Shown here piece after piece: positions 57,207-64,000 of a DNA stretch of 64,000 nucleotides. The DNA comes from Dehalococcoidia bacterium (GTDB taxonomy: Bacteria > Chloroflexota > Dehalococcoidia > Lucifugimonadales > JADFKI01): assembly GCA_965242555.1 (NCBI GenBank), contig CBDESO010000008.1:547577-611576 (forward strand). The letters are read 5' to 3'. The notes under the pieces were generated by a model. That model was not told the origin of the DNA. It did not search any database and worked only from the letters and a program-made list of their open reading frames with translations. Positions within the stretch are counted from its first letter, which is position 1, and each line of letters begins with the position of its first letter. Made by a program: the position numbers and the translations under genes.

Positions 57207-58532
57207 CTACCCTCCCCTGCCCTTGAAACGCATCCGCAGCGGGCTGCCGCGAAATTCGTAGGCCGCCCGTATTGCGTTTTCCAGGTAGCGCCTGTATGAG
57301 AAGTGAACCATATCCGAATGGTTGACGTAGAATGTGAAACTGGGCGGGCCTGTGGCGTCCTGCGCCACGCTGTAGATTTTCAGCGAGCGCCTGCCCGAAA
57401 GCGCGGGCGGATGCTCGGCGACCGCGCTCATCACGCGGCGGCGCAGGTCGTATCGCGGCACGCCTTTCGTCCATTCCTGATACACCTGCCGCGCGGTGTC
57501 AAGCAAGCCCGCTATGCCGCCGCCGGTCAGCGCCGACGTAAAGCAGATAGGCGCGTATGACGCGAACTTGAATTTCTGGCGTATCCGCTCTACGGCTTGC
57601 GGCTGCGTCAAGCCTAGTTCGGGCGCTAGATCCCACTTATTCACCGCTAGGATGATGCCCTTGAACTCTTCCAGGATGTATTTGGCGATATGAGTGTCTT
57701 GGTTGCCGGCGAGTTCGGATGCGTCCATAAGCAGGATTGCGATGTCGGCGCGATCGATGGCGCGAATGGCGCGCAGCACGCTGTATCGCTCTATGCCGCG
57801 CTCGATGCGCCCGCGACGGCGTATGCCGGCGGTGTCTATGAGCAGCACAGACCAGTCGTCAAAGCGCAACAGGCTGTCCAGGGAATCGCGGGTTGTGCCG
57901 GGGATGTCGCTGACAATGGCGCGCCGCTCGCCCGCTATGGCGTTGAGCAGCATTGATTTGCCCACGTTGGGCCTGCCTATGATGGCGAGCTTGAGGTCGG
58001 CGTCCGGCTCCGGGAACGCGGGCGCGTCGGGGAAATGCGCCACTACCTCAGCCATAAGCGCGTCCACGCCTAGGTTGTGAAAGGCGCTCACCGGGATTGG
58101 CTCGCCAAGCGAGAGCGCATAGAACTCCACCGCCTCCTCGGCGCGCCAGTCATTGTCCGCCTTGTTGACGGCAAGCACAATCGGCTTTTCGGTAACGCGC
58201 AGCGCGTCCGCCACATCCATATCGGCGGGGGTTAAGCCCGCCGCGCCGTCCACCGCGAATATGATGACATCCGCCTCGCTTATCGCAAGCTCAATCTGGG
58301 ATTTGACCTGCTGCCACAAGTCGGTTTCGGGGAATAGGTCAAGCCCGCCGGTGTCAACCAGGATAAAGGCGCGCTCCGCCCACACCGTTTCGGCGATAAC
58401 GCGGTCGCGCGTGGTTCCCGCGATGTCGGACACGATGGCGGCCGGCCTGCCGATGAGCCGGTTGAATAGCGTGGACTTGCCTACGTTGGGGCGTCCAACG
58501 ATTGCCACAAGGGGCTTGACGCTGCTTGTCAT
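57207..58532 (-). CDS. der: Ribosome biogenesis GTPase Der (EngA)
   Basis: It has two G domains (VAIVGRPNVGKSTLFN and LAIIGRPNVGKSMLLN) and a KH-like C-terminus. Confidence 0.9.
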   Translation of the reverse strand: MTSSVKPLVAIVGRPNVGKSTLFNRLIGRPAAIVSDIAGTTRDRVIAETVWAERAFILVDTGGLDLFPETDLWQQVKSQIELAISEADVIIFAVDGAAGLTPADMDVADALRVTEKPIVLAVNKADNDWRAEEAVEFYALSLGEPIPVSAFHNLGVDALMAEVVAHFPDAPAFPEPDADLKLAIIGRPNVGKSMLLNAIAGERRAIVSDIPGTTRDSLDSLLRFDDWSVLLIDTAGIRRRGRIERGIERYSVLRAIRAIDRADIAILLMDASELAGNQDTHIAKYILEEFKGIILAVNKWDLAPELGLTQPQAVERIRQKFKFASYAPICFTSALTGGGIAGLLDTARQVYQEWTKGVPRYDLRRRVMSAVAEHPPALSGRRSLKIYSVAQDATGPPSFTFYVNHSDMVHFSYRRYLENAIRAAYEFRGSPLRMRFKGRGG

Positions 58533-58654
58533 GGGGCATTAGTCCCTAAGAGTGATTGATGGCGGCGGTTGATAAGAGCGTTAAGGGCGTTGGATCGCGG
58601 CGGCGGATTAGCGGGTTTGGCGATAAGCGCGGGCGGGTTGCCGCGAAAGTTGCG

Positions 58655-59581
58655 CTAGTCGGCGAATATGGACGCTAGGATGGCTTTCTGCGCGTGCATG
58701 CGGTTTTCGGCTTGGTCAAAGATGGCGGAGTTGGGATGGTCAATCATCGTTTCGGATAGTTCCTGTCCGCGATAGGCGGGCATGTCGTGCATAAACAGGA
58801 AGTCGGGCTTGGCGAGTTTCACAAGCTCTTCATTCACCTGATAATCGCCGAATACGGCTATGCGCTCAGCCTTTTCATCTTCATCGCCCATACTCACCCA
58901 TGTATCGGTATAGACGACGTCGGCGTTGCGGGCGGCGTCTTGGGGGCGCTCTGTCCAATGCACGGCGGATTCGCGGCGGGCGGCGCGGCGTTGCGCCTCT
59001 TCGAGGACGGGCGCGGGCAGCTGATACGCCTCAGGCGAGGCGAGCGTAAAGTTCGCGCCCACGGAGGCGCAGGCGAGCGCTAGGCTGGCGGCGACGTTGT
59101 TGCCATCGCCAATGAACGCCACGCTCAAGTCCGCCATAGCGCCCTTGCGCTCGTATATCGTGAGCATATCGCCCACTGCTTGGCAAGGATGCTCCAAGTC
59201 GGACAGCGCGTTGACTACGGGGATGTCGCAGTGGTTCGCCAGCAGCTCCAGGCTGCGGTGGGAAAAGACGCGCGCGATAATGCCGTCCACCCAGCGGTCA
59301 AGCACGCGGGCGATGTCCGCCTCCGGCTCGCGGACGCCAAGCCCGACGTCCTGTTGGCTGAGATATGTGCAGGATCCGCCCAGCTGCCGTATGCCCACCT
59401 CGAAACTAACGCGCGTCCGCAGAGATGGCTTTTCGAATATAAGCGCGAACTCCTTGCCCGCGAGCGGTTTCTGCGGCGCGGCGCGTTTCATATCATAGGC
59501 GCGCCTCACCATATCGCCCACGCCGTCCGGCGGCATATCCGCGATTGACAGGAAGTCTTTCCCTTTCATAATCCCTCTCAT
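58655..59581 (-). CDS. argF: Ornithine carbamoyltransferase
   Basis: It contains FEKPSLRTRVSFE, HPCQAVGD and DTWVSMG. The usual HCLP is HDMP here. Confidence 0.82.
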   Translation of the reverse strand: MRGIMKGKDFLSIADMPPDGVGDMVRRAYDMKRAAPQKPLAGKEFALIFEKPSLRTRVSFEVGIRQLGGSCTYLSQQDVGLGVREPEADIARVLDRWVDGIIARVFSHRSLELLANHCDIPVVNALSDLEHPCQAVGDMLTIYERKGAMADLSVAFIGDGNNVAASLALACASVGANFTLASPEAYQLPAPVLEEAQRRAARRESAVHWTERPQDAARNADVVYTDTWVSMGDEDEKAERIAVFGDYQVNEELVKLAKPDFLFMHDMPAYRGQELSETMIDHPNSAIFDQAENRMHAQKAILASIFAD

Positions 59582-59853
59582 AGTCCATCCGCAATGGCGC
59601 GGGGGCGATTGCCCGCTTGCGCCGCTTGCCCTATGTTTGAATGGCGATGATATATTATAGCCGATGCGGTAAGCAAGCGCAGTGGCGGCGGGTATTTATC
59701 ACGACGTATCGCGGTTTATCGCCCCCGCGCGGCTTTGGCGGCGGCGCTGAGATAGTTCGCCCGGCAACACATATCACGAACTTGTGGTAGTATTAAAGGC
59801 AAGATTGGCTGATACGCCATTGGCGGGGATACGCAAGCTGAGGAGGATGCTGA

Positions 59854-60030
59854 ATGAGCGCTATGGCTAAAATTATCGCGGGCATTGTGCTGATACTTCT
59901 AGGGGCGCTGTTTATCACGGGCATACTGCAGGCGTTGCTGACAGTTGTGGGCTGGGTGGCGATAGTGGCGGGCGCGGTGGTGTGCGTTATGGGCGTGATT
60001 GGGCTGTTCAAGAGCGATCGCGGGTACTGA
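59854..60030 (+). CDS. Small two-TM membrane protein (58 aa; below the ORF-track cutoff)
   Basis: Translated by hand: MSAMAKIIAGIVLILLGALFITGILQALLTVVGWVAIVAGAVVCVMGVIGLFKSDRGY. GAGGAGG lies upstream. It shares the MSAM start and unit architecture with the next ORF. Confidence 0.45.
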   Translation: MSAMAKIIAGIVLILLGALFITGILQALLTVVGWVAIVAGAVVCVMGVIGLFKSDRGY

Positions 60031-60076
60031 CGCGCGGCGCGGCGATGCGAATGTGAAAGGCGCAAGGGATCGTTAG

Positions 60077-60445
60077 ATGAGCGCTATGCGAACCGGGCCC
60101 CTGGTGGTGGGCGTCCTGCTTATGCTGCTGGGCTTGTTCCTGCGAATGGGCGTAGTACAGTGGCTGTTGGACGCCATTGGGCTTGTGGCGATTATCGCGG
60201 GCCTGGTTATGATTGTGCTGGGCGGCGCTACGCTGCTGTACGGCAAGCTGCTGTCCAAGGCGGGCGGCGCGGCGTTTCTGCTGGGGGGCGTCGTGCTGGC
60301 GTTTATCGGCTTTATTCTGCGCCTGTGGTTCGTGGGCTGGATTGTGGGAATGGCGGGCTGGTTCATTCTGTTTATCGGCGTGGCGCTGACCGCTATCGGG
60401 ATTATTGGCGTGATGACAGCCAAAGATAAGGGCAAGGCAACATAG
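60077..60445 (+). CDS. Four-TM membrane protein made of two copies of the unit found in the preceding small ORF
   Basis: MSAMRTGPLVVGVLLMLLGLFL...GLVAIIAGLVMIVLG is followed by a second unit FLLGGVVLAFIGFIL...GWFILFIGVALTAIGIIGVMTAKDKGK. Confidence 0.5.
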   Translation: MSAMRTGPLVVGVLLMLLGLFLRMGVVQWLLDAIGLVAIIAGLVMIVLGGATLLYGKLLSKAGGAAFLLGGVVLAFIGFILRLWFVGWIVGMAGWFILFIGVALTAIGIIGVMTAKDKGKAT

Positions 60446-60535
60446 CGCCGCCGGGCGTGAACGCAGGGATGTGAACGCGCAAGGCGCATACACGGCGGGA
60501 TGGCAATGCCCCGCGTAGCGAATAGGGAGTTTCAT

Positions 60536-61261
60536 ATGGGACTGATGTCAAGAATGTCCACGGTGGTTAAGTCAAAGATGAACCGGCTGCTGGATAACGC
60601 GGAGGATCCGCGCGAGACGCTGGATTACGCCTACGAAAAGCAGATGGAGACGCTGCGGGATGTCAAGCGCGGCGTGGTGGAGATGGTTACCGCAAAGCGG
60701 CGGCTGGAGCTGCAGGCGTCTAAGGTCAAGGACAATATCGTGAAGCTGGACGGGCAGGCGCGCAAGGCGATTTCGGCGGGACGGGAAGACCTGGCAAGGC
60801 TGGCGCTGGAGCGCAAGCAGGCGTCGCTGGTGGAACTGGAGGGGCTTGACGAGCAGATAGCCGACCTGGAACACGAGCAAGAAAAGCTCACCCACGCGGA
60901 GCAGCGGCTGCAGTCAAAGGTGGCGGCGTTTCGCACGCGCAAAGAGGTCGTCAAGGCGCAGTACAACGCGGCGCAGGCGCAGGTTCGCATCGGCTCGGCG
61001 CTGTCGGGCATATCCGAAGAGATGGGCGACGTTTCGCTCGCCATAGAGCGCGCCGAAAACAAGACCGAGACGATGCGCGCAAGGGCGGGCGCCATTGACG
61101 AGCTGGTGGAACTGGGCGTGCTGGACGACCACACCGGCAGCAACGATCCGCTCAGCCGCGAACTGGCGATGCTGACGTCGGAACAGAACGTGGAGTCTGA
61201 GCTCGCGGCGCTGCGAGCCGAGCTGCCGACCGCCGAGCGCAAAGCGATTACGGAGGGCTAA
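60536..61261 (+). CDS. pspA: PspA/IM30 family protein
   Basis: MGLMSRMSTVVKSKMNRLLDNAEDPRETLDYAYEKQMETLRDVKRGVVEMVTAKRRLELQ matches the family, and the protein is coiled-coil throughout. Confidence 0.85.
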   Translation: MGLMSRMSTVVKSKMNRLLDNAEDPRETLDYAYEKQMETLRDVKRGVVEMVTAKRRLELQASKVKDNIVKLDGQARKAISAGREDLARLALERKQASLVELEGLDEQIADLEHEQEKLTHAEQRLQSKVAAFRTRKEVVKAQYNAAQAQVRIGSALSGISEEMGDVSLAIERAENKTETMRARAGAIDELVELGVLDDHTGSNDPLSRELAMLTSEQNVESELAALRAELPTAERKAITEG

Positions 61262-61265
61262 GCCT

Positions 61266-61544
61266 GTGATTGTCCGCATACTCACCGAGGGGCAGTACAA
61301 CCTGCCCGGCGCGTACATAGACGCGCTCAATGAGATTGACAACGAACTGGTAGAGGTAGTCGCCGCCGACGATGAGCCTGAGTTCAAGATAACGCTCAAG
61401 AAGATGCTTGACCTTGTGCGCGAACACGGCAGCCCCGTGCCGGTGGACGAGCTTGTGGAATCCGACCTTGTGTTGCCGGAGCCGGACATAACCCTGCTGG
61501 AGGCGGAGGAGATGTTCGTGGGCGAGGGCTTGATGCCGAACTAG
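61266..61544 (+). CDS. PspA-associated protein PspAA-like
   Basis: MIVRILTEGQY...DDEPEF...LVREHGSPVPVDELVESDLVLPEPDITLLEAEEMF..EGLMP resembles actinobacterial PspAA sequences as I remember them. It starts 5 nt after pspA. Confidence 0.6.
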   Translation: MIVRILTEGQYNLPGAYIDALNEIDNELVEVVAADDEPEFKITLKKMLDLVREHGSPVPVDELVESDLVLPEPDITLLEAEEMFVGEGLMPN

Positions 61545-61656
61545 GCGCGGGCAAGTCTAAGCGCGGCGCAAGGGCAAGCAAGCGCGGCCGGCTAGGGCTG
61601 GAACGGGATTGCCTAAACTGAGCGCGGCGCAATCGCAACGCAAGCGCGGGCTTGAA

Positions 61657-62226
61657 CTAGAACGGGATCCCCCATAGCGCGTACCAGATTTCAAGGTTGC
61701 GCTCTACGGGGATCTTCTCCTCTTCCATCACGCTGCTCAGGCGCATTTCGGCGGCGTTGTCGCGGGTCTGCGGCGCGGTCAACACTAGCGGGTAGAAGTT
61801 GCCGCGCTTGTAGTTGTAGAGCCAGTAGGCGCTCTTGCGCTCATACTCCAAGCCGAACACCGCCGCCAGCAGCCTGTCCGCGAACCCGTGGTCTATGATG
61901 GTTTCGCTTATCAGGTGAATGGTGGTTACCAGGTCTTCAAAGTCCCTGTCATCCAGCACTACCCAGCGCGTTCCGAATGTGTCGTCTTTCACCTCAAAGC
62001 GGGTGTTGGTGGACTTTCCGCTGACTCTGAGCAGGTCGCGCAGCTCGGTCTCAAGGTTTTGGAAGAACGACGACTCCACCGGATTGAACACGATGCCCGC
62101 CTTGTGCGTGCTACGCAGGTCGATGCGCGCGCTCAGCGTGAGTTCGGCGGTGATGACTGAGAAGAACCGCTCTCGCTTGGGGGCTTTAATTTTCGTGCGC
62201 CCGAATAGCGTACTGAATAGTCCCAA
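61657..62226 (-). CDS. PspA-associated protein PspAB-like
   Basis: The N-terminus MGLFSTLFGRTKIKAPKRERFFSVITAELTL and the ~190-aa size resemble PspAB, and the gene sits between pspA/pspAA and htpX. Confidence 0.5.
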   Translation of the reverse strand: MGLFSTLFGRTKIKAPKRERFFSVITAELTLSARIDLRSTHKAGIVFNPVESSFFQNLETELRDLLRVSGKSTNTRFEVKDDTFGTRWVVLDDRDFEDLVTTIHLISETIIDHGFADRLLAAVFGLEYERKSAYWLYNYKRGNFYPLVLTAPQTRDNAAEMRLSSVMEEEKIPVERNLEIWYALWGIPF

Positions 62227-62245
62227 ATTTCACCTCTTTATCACG

Positions 62246-62302
62246 CCGCTTTGAAAGCCGCGCTATGGCGGGTAGCCGTTTGAAAGCCGCGCTATGGCGG
62301 GG
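62246..62302. repeat. Two direct copies of a ~25-bp element (ccg(c)tttgaaagccgcgctatggcggg) with 30-bp periodicity
   Basis: The copies lie at 62246-62272 and 62276-62302 and are followed by gtcttgtttgc x2 (62307-62317, 62324-62334). The region lies between the htpX stop and the pspAB-like start. Confidence 0.7.
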
Positions 62303-62374
62303 CGTCGTCTTGTTTGCCTTATGCGTCTTGTTTGCGCTGGCGGGAATGGCGTAGCCGGCTCCTCTGCTCCCCGG

Positions 62375-63319
62375 CTACCGCGCGCGAAACGGGCTTGCGC
62401 TTTCTATCTGCCGCTGCATTTCCATTAGGCGCTCGATGCGCTGCTCGGTTTTGGGGTGGCTTGAGAATAGTTCGGCGATGCTGTTGCCTTTGAGCGCCGG
62501 CACAATGAAGAATGCGTTGGCGTGTTCCACTTGGCGCATATCGGTTTCGGGTATGCGATACATATCGTCGCTGATTTTACGCAGCGCCGACGCCAGTTGC
62601 GCGGGGGCGCCGGTGATTATCGCGCCGCCCCTGTCCGCCGCGAATTCGCGGTAGCGCGAGAGCGTCATTATGAGTATCTGGCTGAGGAAGTACACGATTA
62701 TCGTGCCGACGTACACCGCGAGCATCACCAGCATCGCTTGGCCCGCATCGCGCCGGTCGCCGCCGCCCATGCCGCCGAACCCGCCGAACAGGCTTACCCA
62801 GAACAGCATCTGCAGCAGAAAGCCGGACATTATCACGATGATGCTCGCCCATGTCAGCACCATCACATCGCGGTTTTTCACATGGGCTAGTTCGTGCGCC
62901 AGAACCGCCTCCAGCTCGCGCTCGTTCAGGCGGCGCATCAGCCCGCGCGTTACGGCTATCACCGCGTTCTTGGGGTTGCGCCCGGTGGCGAATGCGTTGG
63001 GGACGTGCGTGTCCATAACCGCGATATGCTTGGGCTTGGGCATATCGGCTATCGCCGCCAGCCGCTCTATGGTGGCGTGCAGGCGCGGCTCTTCCTCCGC
63101 CGACACCACTTTCGCGCCCGTTGTGGCAAGCACAAGCTTGTCGGACATATAGTATTGGAACACCGCCATCCCCACGGCTATCGCGCCTATGAAGAACCAC
63201 GGCACTCCGGCTACGAATAGCATCCCTAGGAACACTACGTATAGCCCTATGAGCATCAGCATTGTGAAAGTCATCCGGACGGTCAGGGCGGTATCCCTGC
63301 CGTAACCTCTTTGTCGCAT
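62375..63319 (-). CDS. htpX: Zinc metalloprotease HtpX (M48)
   Basis: It has HELAHVKNRD (HExxH), four TM helices and a C-terminal SHPKTEQRIERL. Confidence 0.88.
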   Translation of the reverse strand: MRQRGYGRDTALTVRMTFTMLMLIGLYVVFLGMLFVAGVPWFFIGAIAVGMAVFQYYMSDKLVLATTGAKVVSAEEEPRLHATIERLAAIADMPKPKHIAVMDTHVPNAFATGRNPKNAVIAVTRGLMRRLNERELEAVLAHELAHVKNRDVMVLTWASIIVIMSGFLLQMLFWVSLFGGFGGMGGGDRRDAGQAMLVMLAVYVGTIIVYFLSQILIMTLSRYREFAADRGGAIITGAPAQLASALRKISDDMYRIPETDMRQVEHANAFFIVPALKGNSIAELFSSHPKTEQRIERLMEMQRQIESASPFRAR

Positions 63320-63627
63320 CTAAGTCCTCCTGTGAGCCGCGAACCCGTCTGATTTGTTTATGCGGCTGCATCTATTATACACATTGCGGCTTGCGGCGTA
63401 TTCGCGGCGGTTTCGCGGGCTTAGGCAAGCCGCCGCGCAACGCCGCAATCGGCCGCAAATGGGCGGCAATTGTGTTTTATCCGCGCCAATCGCCTGATAC
63501 TATTATCTATCATCTACCTATATCAACGCGCGGGCGACAAGAGGGTTGCCAAATACTCGTATTTGGAACACGGCGCATTAGGGAACGGGCGCATAGCGGC
63601 GGCATAGAACGCATCGGGGAAACGCGA

Positions 63628-64000
63628 ATGACATCGGCGGCTTGGCGGACATTCGGGCATACAAAGGCGATAGAGACGCTTTCGCGCGGCATAGCGTCGG
63701 GACGGACGGCGCATGCCTATCTGCTGGCGGGCGCGCCGCAGGTGGGCAAGATGACGCTGGCTATGGACATAGCGCGGATGATGAACTGCGTATCAGATGA
63801 CGTTGCCTGCATACCTTGCGGCGAATGCCGCCAGTGCGAGCGGGTGACGGCGGCGCTGCATGCCGACGTGCGCGTGGTGGGCTTGGATAGCGGCGATCCG
63901 GACGCGCCCGCCCGCACCGCCATCGGCGTGGATCAGATACGCGAGCTGCAGCGCGAGGCCGTACTCAAGCCGTATGAGGGCAAGCGGCGCGTGTTTATCA
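63628..64000 (+). CDS. holB: DNA polymerase III delta-prime subunit (5' part; runs off the right edge)
   Basis: Hand translation: MTSAAWRTFGHTKAIETLSRGIASGRTAHAYLLAGAPQVGKMTLAMDIARMMNC...CGECRQCERV...HADVRVV. This shows a Walker-A-like GxxxGK and a zinc-module CxxC. Confidence 0.7.
   Translation, partial: MTSAAWRTFGHTKAIETLSRGIASGRTAHAYLLAGAPQVGKMTLAMDIARMMNCVSDDVACIPCGECRQCERVTAALHADVRVVGLDSGDPDAPARTAIGVDQIRELQREAVLKPYEGKRRVFI

Noticed and set aside
58655-59581. The HDMP substitution for the HCLP motif in the ornithine carbamoyltransferase as evidence of a different substrate.
   Set aside because: All other OTC signatures (SLRTR, HPCQ, DTWVSMG) are intact, and a single-motif variant is insufficient to claim altered specificity. 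It is noted in the feature evidence only.
61545-61656. GC-rich intergenic words (aagcgcggcgcaagggcaagc, gagcgcggcgcaatcgcaacgcaagcgcggg). Similar words occur at 17440-17510, 49800-49830, 50360-50400, 60040-60075, 60440-60500 and 63400-63470. I considered whether they form a REP/MITE-like repeat family.
   Set aside because: They share short words (GCGCAAG, GCAAGCG) but I could not align them into a consistent element with defined ends or a conserved palindrome. This may simply be the compositional style of spacers in this genome.

Overview
This is a high-GC bacterial chromosomal segment; GC was judged by eye and not computed. The dense set of LLM, GMC, SDR, CaiB-type CoA-transferase and MFS genes, plus Pro/Thr-rich linkers in secreted proteins, suggests a Chloroflexota-like, possibly SAR202-type, genome. 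That placement is inference only. The housekeeping backbone includes the conserved rpsB-tsf-pyrH-frr-uppS-cdsA-dxr-rseP-ispG-(insert)-proS cluster at 22.6-34.3 kb. It also includes ccmAB, eno, gap, pyrF, gpsA-plsY-der, argF, a partial holB, a MoxR-DUF58-DUF4129 operon, a PspA/PspAA/PspAB/HtpX envelope-stress cluster and three tRNAs (Gln-TTG, Gln-CTG, Glu-CTC). The accessory content is as follows. (1) An IS1-family element with imperfect 21-bp terminal inverted repeats lies just upstream of rpsB. (2) A visibly AT-richer island carries an unrecognisable 318-aa ORF translationally coupled to a PIN-domain gene. (3) An AT-richer island carries an SPPY beta-class DNA methyltransferase convergent with a nuclease-like ORF fused to an XRE-type HTH. 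(4) A single-chain type IIG (MmeI-like) restriction-modification gene has its stop codon overlapped by an antitoxin-less MazF/PemK-like gene. (5) A fused nucleotidyltransferase-HEPN gene plus a second free nucleotidyltransferase is wedged between ispG and proS. Other oddities are an RseP site-2 protease with two degenerate HPD-less J-domain-like repeats in its cytoplasmic loop, a carbamoyltransferase-fold ORF with a degraded STRTR motif, and a doubly frameshifted MFS gene. There are also a small family of tail-anchored coiled-coil proteins (one with 5 x 33-bp in-frame repeats), recurrent G/C-tract clusters in intergenic spacers, and direct repeats upstream of pspAB and eno. My best candidates for something undescribed are the type IIG RM + MazF coupling, the 318-aa + PIN pair and the NTase-HEPN/NTase insertion. 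All functional calls come from motif recognition by eye; no searches were run.
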